Below, piece after piece: positions 1 to 12,287 of a DNA stretch of 64,000 nt. The translations under genes and the position numbers were made by a program. Source of the DNA: Flavobacteriales bacterium (GTDB lineage Bacteria; Bacteroidota; Bacteroidia; Flavobacteriales_F; PHOS-HE28); assembly GCA_026129465.1 (NCBI GenBank), contig JAHCIA010000001.1, positions 2,181,964 to 2,245,963 on the forward strand, read 5' to 3'. The stretch's first letter is position 1. Each line of letters opens with the position of its first letter. The notes below the pieces were generated by a model. It searched no databases and was not told where the DNA came from. It saw nothing but the letters and a program-made list of their open reading frames with translations.

Positions 1-1014
1 CGTGCCGAAGTGGGAGAAGTTCGAGGTGGGTTTGCGCTTGCCCCAGGAGTATCAAGATGCTACCGAGCGTTTTTTCGACCACTACTATTCCGGCGGAGTG
101 ATGGAGGATGCTACGCCGGGCAATGTCCATCCTGTGTATGACCTTAACCCGTATGCGGACGACTCGCTCCAGTTGGTGATGACGCTGACCTCCCCATCAG
201 GTTCCAAGATAAAATGGGGCTTCTTCATGAGGGAGGGTAGATGGTCCAGTGAAGATCCTGATGCCAAGCTTGTCGAAGCCCCTGATGATCCGCTATACCC
301 CTACCACATTCGATTCCGTATCGCTCCGGATGTGGAAGGGCCTTGGCGTTTCGACTTGGCGGTAAAAGCTCCTCACACCCAGACGCTGGCCGATCAAGCT
401 CTCCCCGAGCATGACTATTGGGGCTATAAGTTCCACTGCGGCCCTCCGGTGCCAGGCAACAGGGGCTTCTTGAAGGTCAGTGAAGCTAACCGCCGCAACC
501 TCCAGCTCGAAGATGGTACACCCTTCTTCGGTTTGGGACCCAACCTTGCCGACAAGGCCAGTAGCGACTGGTACTTCCTCATGCGTGACTACAACTTGAT
601 GAAACAAGCACTGGAAGACCTTCATTCGATGGGAGGCAATTTCTCTCGTATGTATCTCATGCGCTCGATCTTCGCTCCGGAATGGGTGAATCTAGGCGTT
701 TATGATTCTTACCGAGCACCTCAAATTTGTTTGTCCAACCCACCTTGGGATCTCATCTATCGCGGTAACTGCCAATATCAATGTTGGGCGTTCGATCAAT
801 TGCTCGATCATATCCATGATAATGGCATTTACGTGCAATTATGTGTTGACCCCTATCCGCCTATCAAGGCCTACGAGATCCCAATATGGGGACCCCATGC
901 ATACGTCTTGAACTATCTGAACCCTATCAGGGATCCAAGTACTGGAAGGTATGACCTCAAAGAGTTCTTCTATGAGGGAGGTGATCCTGCCAACAAGAAC
1001 AGCGGAGTATTCTA

Positions 1015-1908
1015 GAGGCCATCTCAAAAATAGTTGAGGTGTCCTGAGCCATGAACAACGGGCGTTTGACAACCGAAGAAGGGAGGGTCTTGATCCTTTC
1101 ACCGTGCATGTCCTCTTTCGATGTCCAAAACGATGGACTGCACGGACGCCCAGTGGGAAGCGGTCAAGGACCTGCTCTCACCTATTCAAGAGAGGACCGA
1201 GACGCGTGGCAGGAAGCCACTGGATGCTCGGGAGGTGTTCAATGGGGTATTATGGATCTGCCGGACAGGAGCCAGATGGCAGGATCTTCCACCGCGCTAC
1301 CCTCCTTACCAGTCGTGCCATCGGTACTTCCAGCGCTGGTGTCAGCAGGGCGTATGGGACAAGGTGCTGTGGGCCTTGGCGCAGGACCTCAAACGAAGAG
1401 GGAAGATCGACATCACAGAATGCTTCATCGATGGCACCTTCTCCAGTGCCAAAAAAGGGGGCTCCATATCGGCCCGACTAAGCGAGGTAAAGGCACCAAG
1501 ATCATGGTCGTCACAGACGCTGCTGGTCTTCCTATCGCCGTACGGACCTTCGGAGCCAGCACCCACGAAGTGAAGCTCGTGACCCAAACGCTGGCCGCGC
1601 GTTTCATGGAAGAATTGCCCCAAGTGCTCATCGGCGACAAGGCCTACGATAGCGATCAGCTCGATCGCAAGCTCAAGCGCAGGAAGGTCCGCATGATCGC
1701 ACCGAACCGCGCAGGGCGTTCAAAATCCCAAGATGGAAGGGAGCTTCGCAGATACAAGCGGAGATGGAAGGTGGAGCGATGCTTCGCCTGGCTCAACAAC
1801 TTCAGGCGTACTGTGGTCCGCTACGAGTATCACAGCATCAACTTCCTGGGCTTCGTCCAGCTCGCTTGTGCCATGATCCTCATGCGCAAACTATTTTGAG
1901 ATGGCTTC
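1015..1908 (+). mobile_element. IS5-family (IS427/IS1031-like) insertion sequence, copy 1, 894 bp, flanked by TA direct repeats (1013-1014 and 1909-1910).
   Basis: Imperfect terminal inverted repeats GAGGCCATCTCAAAAATAGTT and GAAGCCATCTCAAAATAGTTT (reverse complement). Two overlapping transposase frames. An identical copy lies in inverted orientation at 3033-3926. Confidence 0.8.
1121..1899 (+). CDS. IS5-family DDE transposase, orfA 1121-1573 fused to orfB (to 1899) by a putative programmed -1 frameshift at A6G5 (1451-1461).
   Basis: orfA has a helix-turn-helix-like N-terminus ([13 protein letters not shown]). The downstream frame has the IS5/IS427 signature [24 protein letters not shown] and a DDE region. 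The slippery AAAAAAGGGGG sits at the frame junction. Confidence 0.75.
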
Positions 1909-3032
1909 TACTACTGGAAGAGGAAGTACAAGTATATCATGTCCCGCTGGGGCTATTCTGTCAATATCGCGGCATGGGAGCCTTTCAATGAGGTCGATCA
2001 GATGCTTACGTATAGCTATGATGACCTGAGTATCCAAGAACCTCATCCACTTTGGGATATGTGTCCGATCAATAGGATAGAATGGCCCATGGATTCCTTG
2101 CTGCCTGTCATCATCGATGAATGGTTGACGGACATAACGGATCATGTCCGCGGTGATGTGGAGCACGATGATCTCGTTTCTTCACCGTTGGGAGAAAAGA
2201 ACAAGCTCTGGCTCATGAGCTATACTGGAGGGACGGGACCGGCCAACAGCGCCCATTACTTGCCCTTTTCCAATGAAGCGGTGGACCTGATCGATGTTCA
2301 TCACGGTATCCATCCCACACTGGTCGATCAGGGCCTTCCTGCCTGGCATCTGAGAGGTGCGTTCGACCAAGTGCAGGACTTCCGGACCCAGTACCCGCCC
2401 ACCACTGAGGCCCTCCGCAAACCTTTCAGTCACGGGGAGTTCAACCATTATACCCACCTGACCGGATTCAATTCTCTGGTTGAGGGGATCTTCCACAACT
2501 ATGATGTCTCATTCCACAATGAGCTCTGGGCTTCGGCTTTCAGTGGCAAGTTTGCGACGGGGACCACTTGGTTGTGGGGCAGGGTGTTCTGGTGGGAGGA
2601 TGCATTGCCGCAACCGCCGAATGACCCCAATAATCCATTCCAATGGAGTCCACTCCAGCAATCTTCGAATGTTCTTGGGGAAGATAATGAAATGTATGTT
2701 GGAGGTATTTCCATTCCTGTTAGGAACAAGAGGATACACCACCACTTCAAGCCGCTGGCCGATCTGCTGGCGCACCCCAGTTGGCAGGACTACGAATTTT
2801 TCAACGGGGACTACACCGTACACAAGGTGTTCGATGAAAGCGATGCGAACGAGATCGAGGCATACTACCTGAAGAACACGGACAACAACGTCGCCATCGG
2901 CTGGGTGCATAACCGCAACGCCTGGGTGATGAACAGCTTCTACCTCAGAAGCAACACTCAGAATTTCCTCGGCTGCGATCCGCCGAGCACACAATCCATC
3001 ACGCTCACCGGTTTCGAGCAAGCCACTGACTA

Positions 3033-3926
3033 GAAGCCATCTCAAAATAGTTTGCGCATGAGGATCATGGCACAAGCGAGCTGGACGAAGCCCAGGAAGT
3101 TGATGCTGTGATACTCGTAGCGGACCACAGTACGCCTGAAGTTGTTGAGCCAGGCGAAGCATCGCTCCACCTTCCATCTCCGCTTGTATCTGCGAAGCTC
3201 CCTTCCATCTTGGGATTTTGAACGCCCTGCGCGGTTCGGTGCGATCATGCGGACCTTCCTGCGCTTGAGCTTGCGATCGAGCTGATCGCTATCGTAGGCC
3301 TTGTCGCCGATGAGCACTTGGGGCAATTCTTCCATGAAACGCGCGGCCAGCGTTTGGGTCACGAGCTTCACTTCGTGGGTGCTGGCTCCGAAGGTCCGTA
3401 CGGCGATAGGAAGACCAGCAGCGTCTGTGACGACCATGATCTTGGTGCCTTTACCTCGCTTAGTCGGGCCGATATGGAGCCCCCTTTTTTGGCACTGGAG
3501 AAGGTGCCATCGATGAAGCATTCTGTGATGTCGATCTTCCCTCTTCGTTTGAGGTCCTGCGCCAAGGCCCACAGCACCTTGTCCCATACGCCCTGCTGAC
3601 ACCAGCGCTGGAAGTACCGATGGCACGACTGGTAAGGAGGGTAGCGCGGTGGAAGATCCTGCCATCTGGCTCCTGTCCGGCAGATCCATAATACCCCATT
3701 GAACACCTCCCGAGCATCCAGTGGCTTCCTGCCACGCGTCTCGGTCCTCTCTTGAATAGGTGAGAGCAGGTCCTTGACCGCTTCCCACTGGGCGTCCGTG
3801 CAGTCCATCGTTTTGGACATCGAAAGAGGACATGCACGGTGAAAGGATCAAGACCCTCCCTTCTTCGGTTGTCAAACGCCCGTTGTTCATGGCTCAGGAC
3901 ACCTCAACTATTTTTGAGATGGCCTC
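3033..3926 (-). mobile_element. IS5-family insertion sequence, copy 2, identical to copy 1 in inverted orientation, with TA flanks at 3031-3032 and 3927-3928.
   Basis: ORFs 3042..3890 and 3368..3820 encode the same proteins as copy 1. The ends match the copy-1 inverted repeats. Confidence 0.8.
3042..3820 (-). CDS. IS5-family DDE transposase (orfAB, frameshifted), copy 2.
   Basis: The six-frame track shows 150-aa and 282-aa products identical to those of copy 1. Confidence 0.75.
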
Positions 3927-4400
3927 TACTACATCACCTGGTTCCCGACGCGGATGAACACCACCGTATGTCCCGATGACGATGAGGATCTTTCCGGTAC
4001 GGGAATGATCACGCTCGACCTTTCCACCGCGCCTTTGGGCGGCACGCTCAACAACTACATGGACACACTCCACGCCGACTATGCCTTCATCATCACCCCC
4101 GCTCCCTTCGTGAAGAACATGCTCTTCGCAGCCGAAGATGAAGTTCCCGCCATGGATACCGGATGGGACTTCGTTCTGTACCCGAACCCGGCACGGGATG
4201 AACTGTACGTGAAGATGCCGGACGATACCCCTCACGACATCACCCTCCTCGACCTTTCAGGCCGACGGATCCAAGCATGGAGCAGCGTGACCGGCCCAAT
4301 GCTGCGTCTTCCCCTTGGACAACTGGCCAAGGGAGCCTACTATGTGAGAGTTGCCGAAGAAGCACACAGTAGGACGAAGAAACTTATTATTCACTGAGAC

Positions 4401-5993
4401 ATGCGGATTCAAACATTCCTAACGATCGCGGTCGCGTGGCCATGTACCATACATGCCCAACAGACGTTCGAGAGGCTGTATCAATCGGGTACCAGTTACA
4501 GCTTCGACCTGATCGAACTGCCCGGCCATAGCATCCTTACAGCAATGGGCGCAACGCTGCTATTGGACCCGGAGGGCTATGTCGATCACGCGAGCTTCTT
4601 CCATGAGGGGGGCACATATTTGGTGCAAACGATGAGGGCGGCTGGTGATAATGAGTTCTACTTCACCACAGGTCTCAATGCGGGTTCATGCGCATCGAGC
4701 AATACCGGTGCCACGCTTATCCATCCGGTACTCGGCAAGATGGATTCACTTGGGAGCGTGCTCGCTTTGAAATATTATGATTTGAACCCAGGGATTTGCT
4801 GGGGCATTCCCGGTGGATTGGAAGTATCAGAGGATATGGGTGCGATTACTTGGGGGCGGGAACGAAATTTCTATGCGATGAAACTCGATTCCGAATTTGA
4901 ACATGTCTGGTTGAAGAAGATTGAACATCAAGGTGGTTTTCAGTTCATCAAGGAGCTTCCCGGCGGTGACCTCTTGGCGGGTATCAATATGGATACGGCT
5001 GGGGCGGTGGTAGCACGGATGGATTCGGACGGCAACTTACTCTGGTGCAAGAGCTATATCCGTCCCAGGGGCATGGTCCACGATGTAGTGATCGAGCCGG
5101 ACGGTTCCTTCCTCATCAGCGGCTTCACCGATAGCACGGCTTCCACCAACCCGTTCATCCCGTACCCGCCCAGCTATCACCCCAAGCTGTTCATGATGAA
5201 ATTGAACGGCCAGGGGGAAGTGCAGTGGTGCCGTGGCTACGACAGTGCGCCGAATCTATGGTATTTGCATAATGCCTCACGTATTGTAAAGACCCTTGAC
5301 GGCAAGTATGCCGTGCTGGCCACCTTGGGCTATCCGCAGAACAACTCCTTCTTCAGGCCCTTTCTGATGAAGACCGATATGAACGGGGACACACTCTGGA
5401 TCCGGTCGGTCGGGGCGAACGGTTACGATTACCAAGCCCAGGATCTTCTGGCTTATTCGGACGGAGGTTTCCTTTTCAGTGGTATCGTTTGGGGCGATAT
5501 GCCGGGTCTGAATAGCAGCCTGAATTACATCTATAAAACCGATTCATTGGGGCATTTCACGTGCTTGGAAAAGCACCATCCCTTACAGGTCCTGGACCTA
5601 TTCCCTGCGGATAGCAGCTTCGTCCTCACGTCAGTGGATGGCGCAGCAACCTCTTATCCCGTTCTTGTTAACGACAGCATCTTGGATCCCCAATTGCTAC
5701 TGTTGTACGATGCATGCATAGTGACCAACGGAGTATCTACCATGCAGGCCCGCAAGCCCCGCATCTATCCCAATCCCACCCCGGGCCGCTTCACCATGGA
5801 GTTCACCGACCCACTGTTGCGGGACAGCTTCTACAGCGTGTATGATGCCACGGGCCGGTTGCTCTACCAGCGGCCGCTGCCCACCGGTGCCACCTTGGAG
5901 GAGGTAGACTTCTCGCGCTTCGGGCGGGGCACCTATGTGTTGCGGGTCACGGACCCCGAGGGGCAGCGGCATGAAAGGGTGGTGGTGGAGTAG
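4401..5993 (+). CDS. T9SS C-terminal-domain secreted protein (paralog A), probably a beta-propeller-like repeat protein.
   Basis: N-terminal signal peptide. Recurring DG(S/G)FL.SGF motifs. C-terminus RIYPNPTPGRFTMEF...GTYVLRVTD is a type-A T9SS CTD. It starts 4 bp after the upstream CTD stop. Confidence 0.6.
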   Translation: MRIQTFLTIAVAWPCTIHAQQTFERLYQSGTSYSFDLIELPGHSILTAMGATLLLDPEGYVDHASFFHEGGTYLVQTMRAAGDNEFYFTTGLNAGSCASSNTGATLIHPVLGKMDSLGSVLALKYYDLNPGICWGIPGGLEVSEDMGAITWGRERNFYAMKLDSEFEHVWLKKIEHQGGFQFIKELPGGDLLAGINMDTAGAVVARMDSDGNLLWCKSYIRPRGMVHDVVIEPDGSFLISGFTDSTASTNPFIPYPPSYHPKLFMMKLNGQGEVQWCRGYDSAPNLWYLHNASRIVKTLDGKYAVLATLGYPQNNSFFRPFLMKTDMNGDTLWIRSVGANGYDYQAQDLLAYSDGGFLFSGIVWGDMPGLNSSLNYIYKTDSLGHFTCLEKHHPLQVLDLFPADSSFVLTSVDGAATSYPVLVNDSILDPQLLLLYDACIVTNGVSTMQARKPRIYPNPTPGRFTMEFTDPLLRDSFYSVYDATGRLLYQRPLPTGATLEEVDFSRFGRGTYVLRVTDPEGQRHERVVVE

Positions 5994-6002
5994 CTTCGGG
6001 GT

Positions 6003-6347
6003 ATGGGCCGGTCCTTCACCCGTGAGCTCAGGGTCCCCGAAGACGGGAGACCCTGCGAGGGCGGAAGCCTGTTCTTCGCGTCCGACGATGAGGTGCCGCC
6101 TGTTGAAGCCGGTTGGGATTACACGCTGTACCCCAACCCCACACGCGACGCCCTGTTCCTGCGCTTTGTGGACGATGCGCCGAAGGACATCACGGTCCTG
6201 GATGTGGCAGGCAGGCGGGTGGCATCACAGACCAACGTGACTGCGACCACCCATTACCTGCCCCTCGGCCAGTTGGCCAAGGGCGCCTATTGGGTGCGTG
6301 TGACCGATGGGGAGAACATGAAGGCCAAAAAACTGATCATCCACTGA
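6003..6347 (+). pseudogene. Orphan T9SS CTD fragment, a duplicated 3' end of the glycoside-hydrolase gene.
   Basis: LFFASDDEVPPVEAGWDYTLYPNPTRDALF...AKKLIIH aligns with the last ~90 aa of the hydrolase CTD at 4120-4397. No catalytic part lies upstream. Confidence 0.5.
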
Positions 6348-6440
6348 GCCATGAGATCCTTAATCCTGTTTGTTCACGCGCTCGTCTGTTCCATTGGGGC
6401 ACAAGCGCAACCGACTTTTCAGAGAATATACACTGGGTCA

Positions 6441-6450
6441 GGGGGGGGGG
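6441..6450 (+). repeat. Homopolymeric G10 tract inside the paralog B coding region.
   Basis: Direct read of the sequence. The reading frame switches here. Confidence 0.9.
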
Positions 6451-6704
6451 CAATTAATGGAAATGTCCAACGGCAACTTCCTCACAAGAATAACACGACA
6501 AAATGGGATATCAATAATGAATCCGGAAGGACAGATCATCTACTCACATAGTTATATCATTGATTCGCTTATTGGAATAATCGCGGTCCGTATGTACACA
6601 GACAATGATTTGTTTTTTGTCTCCGGATATCGAAAAGACTCATGCTCCCATTCCGGGTCCTCTACCATCCCATTCACACACCCGGCCATCGGAAAAATGG
6701 ACTT

Positions 6705-6712
6705 GGGGGGGG
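6705..6712 (+). repeat. Homopolymeric G8 tract inside the paralog B coding region.
   Basis: Direct read of the sequence. The second frame switch is here. Confidence 0.9.
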
Positions 6713-8067
6713 TATGGATCTGTACCACTATCGCTTGGGTGGATCAGATTGCTGGGGATACCCGATGGATCTGCTGGTCTCGAACACGAAGGGTGTCATC
6801 ACTTGGGGACTTGCTCCTGCATTCTTCGCTTTGAAAGTCGATTCCTCCCTGGCACCCGTGTGGGCCAGGCGCTTCAGCAACAACGGCGGCTTCCAGTTCA
6901 TCAAGGAGCTTCCGGGAGGCGATCTACTTGCAGGCATCAACATGGACACGGCTGGAGCGGTGGTGGCACGCATGGATGCGGACGGCAACTTCCTTTGGTG
7001 CAAGTCCTACATCCGGCCCCGAGGAATGGTGCATGATGCGGTGATCGAGCCGGACGGCTCTTTCCTCATTACCGGCTTTACGGATAGTACGGCCTCTACC
7101 AATCCGTTCATTCCGTACCCGCCCACTTACCACCCCAAGCTCTTCATGATGAAGTTGAACGGCGATGGAGAGGTGCAGTGGTGCAAGGGCTACGACAGCG
7201 CGCCAAACCTGTGGTATTCATACCATGCCTCACGGATTGTCAGGACCCTTGACGGCAACTATGCGGTATTGGCCAACTTGGGTTATCCGCAACACAACTT
7301 CTTCTTCCGGCCTTATCTGATGAAAATCGATCTGAACGGTGACACACTGTGGACCCGCTCGATGGGTGCATATGGCTACGATTACTACACTCTGGATTTA
7401 CTCGCCCATTCCGATGGCGGTTACATATTCGATGGTGGTGTCTGGGGAGACTTGCCGAATATGCATACCGGCCTGCCTTACATCTTCAAGACCGATTCTT
7501 TGGGGCATTTCTCTTGCTCAGAACATGTGCATCCGGTGCAGGTGCTGGATCTCTTCCCCACTGACAGCAGTTTCGTGCTCACCTCCATCGATGGTGCCAC
7601 CGTTCACCCTGCCTTTGTGAACGACACCATCTTCGACCCCATCAACGTGTACGATGCCTGCCTGGTGACCAGCCTGCCGCAGCACCACCCCACCAAGCCG
7701 CGCAGCATGCGGGTCTACCCCAACCCCAGCCCCGGCCGCTTCACCGTGGAGTTCCCCGATCCGCTGCTGCGGGAGAGCTATTACAGCGTGTACGATGCGC
7801 TGGGCCGCTTGCTCTACCAACGGCCACTGCCCACCGGCGCCACGCTGGAGGAAGTGGATCTCTCACGCTTCGGGCGGGGCACCTATGTGCTGCGGGTAAC
7901 AGACCCGGAGGGGGTGAGGCATGAAAGGGTGGTGGTGGAGTAGGGCTTGCACCGCCAAGCCGTACCCGCCCGTCGTCCGGGCATGTCCGGGCCTGCGCCC
8001 CCGGAAGTTAAATTCGGCCCCCGAAGGCCGGGGATACCATTGCCCGGCCCCCTGCGTTAGGCAGCCG

Positions 8068-8916
8068 ATGACGCGCATCCTGTTGCTGTTCCTGGCCCTG
8101 GCCGCCGCCACGGCGCACCACGCGCAGGTGAACGAGGTGGGCATCACCGGCGGAGCGCTCTACTACATCGGCGACCTGAACCCCACACGGCACTATCCGA
8201 AGGACACCCGTGCGGGCATCGGCCTGGTGTTCCGCCACAACATGAACGACCGCATGGCCCTGCGGCTTCAGGGACTTTACGGCAACCTGCAGGCCTACGA
8301 CAGCAACAGCCCGGATACCCTGCAGCAACTGCGCAACCTGCACTTCCGCACCCGGCTCTACGAGGCCTCCGCCCTGCTGGAGATCAACTTCTTCAAATAC
8401 CGCTCGCGCGACAAGGGCAGCCGTCTGTGGACCCCCTTCGTCTTCGGCGGCCTGTGCTACTTCCGCACCAGCCCCCAGGCCCTGCTGAACGACACCTGGT
8501 ACGACCTGCAGCCGCTGGGCACCGAAGGCCAGGGCACCACCATGAACCCCGGCAGCCAACCCTATAAGACGGACCACATCGGCATCCCCTTCGGCGCGGG
8601 CTTCAAGTTCAACTTGGGCAAGCTGGACCTGCAGATCGAGTGGGGCCTGCGCCGGACCTACACGGACTACATCGACGATGTGAGCGGCACCTACGTGGAC
8701 CAGGACCAATTGCTGGTGGAGAACGGACCCCTCTCCGCCGCCTTCGCCGACCGCAGCGGCCTGAACGATCTGCCCGGCTTCAGCAACACCGGCCGCGCCC
8801 GCGGCAACAGCAACACCCGCGACTGGTACCAGTACACCGGTCTCACGCTCACTTACATCATCAGCCGGTTCTCCGACTGCGACGAGCAGTACAATTGGAT
8901 GCGCAAGAAGCGCTGA
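8068..8916 (+). CDS. Outer-membrane beta-barrel protein, DUF6089-like.
   Basis: Signal peptide MTRILLLFLALAAATAHHAQ. Alternating hydrophobic beta-strand pattern. Sits immediately upstream of uppS, as in the Flavobacteriia DUF6089-uppS-bamA arrangement. Confidence 0.55.
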   Translation: MTRILLLFLALAAATAHHAQVNEVGITGGALYYIGDLNPTRHYPKDTRAGIGLVFRHNMNDRMALRLQGLYGNLQAYDSNSPDTLQQLRNLHFRTRLYEASALLEINFFKYRSRDKGSRLWTPFVFGGLCYFRTSPQALLNDTWYDLQPLGTEGQGTTMNPGSQPYKTDHIGIPFGAGFKFNLGKLDLQIEWGLRRTYTDYIDDVSGTYVDQDQLLVENGPLSAAFADRSGLNDLPGFSNTGRARGNSNTRDWYQYTGLTLTYIISRFSDCDEQYNWMRKKR

Positions 8917-8946
8917 ACCGGCCGCTTTGGCCAACTTTGCCCCCCT

Positions 8947-9716
<770 letters not shown>

Positions 9717-9720
<4 letters not shown>

Positions 9721-12248
9721 GCTACAGGATACTCGCCTTCCTGCTGGCGGCCATGGCCGCTTTGGCCTCCGTGGCCCAAACGGAGCGTGAACCGCTCATC
9801 GACTACGACTACCCGCAGGAGTACGAGATCGGCGGCATCACCGTGAGTGGCACGCTGAGCACCGACCCCAACGCCGTGAAACTCTTCACCGGCCTGCAGG
9901 TGGGCGACAAGATCACCGTGCCGGGCGAGCAGGTGGCGCGCGCCATCCGCAACCTTTGGGACCAGAAGCTTTTCAGCGACGTGCGCTTCGAGGTGGCCGA
10001 GATCCGCGGCCGCACCATCTTCCTGCACATCGCGGTGGTGGAACGCCCGCGCCTGAGCCGCTTCAAGTTCAACGGAGTGAGCAAGAACGAGGCGGACAAG
10101 CTGCGCGAGGAGGTGAAACTGGTGCGCGGCCAGCAGGTGAACGAGGCCCTGCTCGCCAACACGCGCACCCTCATACACCGCCACTACCGCGACAAGGGCT
10201 TCCTGAAGGCCACCACCACCATCACCGAAAAGCCGGACACGCTGATGGACAACAGCGTGCTGCTGATCCTGGACGTGGACAAGGGGCCGCGCGTGAAGAT
10301 CAAGGACGTGGTCTTCCACGGCAACGAGGAACTGCCTGACAAGCGTCTGCGCAAGGCCATGAAGAAGACCAAGCGCAAACGCTGGTGGAACGTCGTGGGC
10401 AGCAGCAAATTCCTCCCCAGCGACTTCAAGGACGACAAGGGCCGGGTGATAGACCTCTACAACGAGAAAGGGTACCGCAACGCCACCATCACCGGCGACA
10501 CCATGTTCTTCGTCTCGCCCAACAGGATCCAGGTGGAATTGACCGTGGACGAGGACGAGCGCTTCTACTTCCGCAACGTCACCTTCACCGGCAACACCAA
10601 GCACAACGATGAGGTGCTGCGCGGCATCCTCAACATCCGCAAGGGCGACGTGTACAACCGCCGCCTGCTGGAAAGCCGCCTGTACATGAACCCCGCCGGG
10701 CGCGACATCAGTTCGCTCTACATGGACGACGGCTACCTGGGCTTCTACCCCGAACCTGTGGAGATCCTCGCCGAGGGCGACAGCATCGACATCGACATTC
10801 GCATCCGCGAGGGCAAGCAATACCGCATCCGCAACGTCATCATCAAGGGCAACACCAAGACCAACGAGCACGTGGTGCGCCGCGAGATCCGCACACGGCC
10901 CGGCCAGCTCTTCAGCCGCAGCGATGTGATCCGCACCCAGCGCGAACTCGCCACACTGGGCTACTTCAACCCGGAGAACATGGGGGTGAACCCCATCCAG
11001 GACCCGCGCACCGGCACGGTGGACCTGGAGTACACCGTGGAGGAGAAACCCAGCGACCGCCTGGAGTTGAGCGGCGGCTGGGGCGTGGGCCGGTTGATCC
11101 TGTCGCTGGGCCTGTCGTTCACCAACTTCTCCATGCGCAACGTGCTGAAGAAGGACGCCTGGGCCCCGCTGCCCAGCGGTGACGGCCAGACGCTGAACCT
11201 GCGCGCGCAGACCAACGGCCGCTTCTTCCAGAGCTACAGCATGAGCTTCGTGGAGCCCTGGCTGGGCGGCCGCAAGCCCAACGCGCTCAGCTTCTCGGTG
11301 TACCACACCGTGCAGACCAACGGGGTGGACAAATTCATCAACACCTCCGAAGGCCGCGAGATCAACCCCCTCCGGCAGTCGCTGCTGATCACCGGCGCCA
11401 CGGTGGGCCTGGGCAAACGGCTCACCTGGCCGGACGACTACTTCATCCTGCGGATGAACCTCGGCTACCAGCTCTACGACCTGCGCAACTTCAGTTCCGG
11501 GCAGGTGATCTTCGCCTTCACGGACGGATCGGCCAATGTGCTCTCACCCCAGATCTCCATCTCGCGCAATTCGGTGGACCAGCCCTTCTTCGCGCGCACG
11601 GGCTCGGACATCACCTTCTCGGTGAAGGCCACCCCGCCCTTCTCCCTCTTCCAGCCCGATCGCGACTGGGCCAACCTGCCGCCCGAGCAGCGCTACAACT
11701 GGGTGGAGTTCCACAAGTGGAAGTTCACCACGCAATGGTTCAACAAGCTCACCAACAGCAAGAGCGGCCACAACCTGGTGTTGATGGCGCGTGCGGGCTT
11801 CGGTTTCCTGGGCCGCTACAACGCCGCCGTGGGCGATTCGCCCTTCGAGCGCTTCTTCATGGGTGGCGTGCCCCTCACCGGTTTCCAGCTCGATGGACGC
11901 GAGATCATCAGCCTGCGCGGCTACGACGACTTCTCCCTGGCGCCGCAGGTGGGCAACTTCATCGTGGGCAAGTACACCACCGAATTGCGGTTCCCGGTCT
12001 CGCTGAACCCCTCGGCCACCATCTATACCCTGGGCTTCTTCGAGGCGGGCAACACCTGGCAGAACTTCGACCGTTTCAACCCCTTCCGCCTGTACCGCAG
12101 CGCCGGGGTGGGCCTGCGCCTCTTCCTTCCCATGTTCGGCCCCATGGGCCTGGATTACGGCTGGCGCCTGGACGATGTGCCCGACCTGCCCAACATGGGC
12201 CGTAGCCAGTTCCACTTCACGATCGGCATAGACTTTGGCGAACTCTGA
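9717..12248 (+). CDS. bamA: Outer membrane protein assembly factor BamA (Omp85).
   Basis: 883-aa reading frame; the real start is ATG 9717, overlapping the uppS stop. Signal peptide, POTRA-like repeats (RNVIIKGNTKTNEHVVRREI) and a C-terminal beta-barrel ending HFTIGIDFGEL. Confidence 0.85.
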
Positions 12249-12287
12249 GGCCGATCGCCGTAATTTTAGCTGCTTCAGCACCCTCCC

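Larger units (their letters stand above)
2..4397 (+). pseudogene. T9SS-sorted glycoside hydrolase (GH5-like TIM-barrel, NEP-type motif AAWEPFNEV) in three fragments (2-1012, 1911-3030, 3929-4397) separated by two IS copies. The 5' end lies outside the window. The C-terminal fragment carries a T9SS C-terminal sorting domain.
   Basis: ORFs 2..1015 (frame 2), 1939..3033 (frame 1) and 3954..4397 (frame 0). The stop codons ending the first two fragments are TA+G formed at the IS junctions. Removing each 894-bp IS plus one TA copy gives a continuous frame (...NSGVF-YYWKRKYKYIMSRW... and ...EQATD-YYITWFPTRMNTT...). The C-terminus reads LYPNPARDELYV...KKLIIH, a T9SS CTD. Confidence 0.6.
6351..7943 (+). 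pseudogene. Paralog B of the T9SS-CTD secreted protein. Its reading frame is broken at two poly-G tracts.
   Basis: The protein is split over ORFs 6351..6551, 6370..6834 and 6642..7943. The frame changes coincide with G10 (6441-6450) and G8 (6705-6712). The C-terminal 330 aa are about 85% identical to paralog A, including the CTD. Confidence 0.55.

Noticed and set aside
2-4397. Composite transposon interpretation: two inverted IS copies mobilising the enclosed 1.1-kb segment.
   Set aside because: The enclosed segment is an internal piece of the same ORF as both flanks. Frame arithmetic and the TA duplications at all four junctions indicate two independent simple insertions, not a captured passenger.
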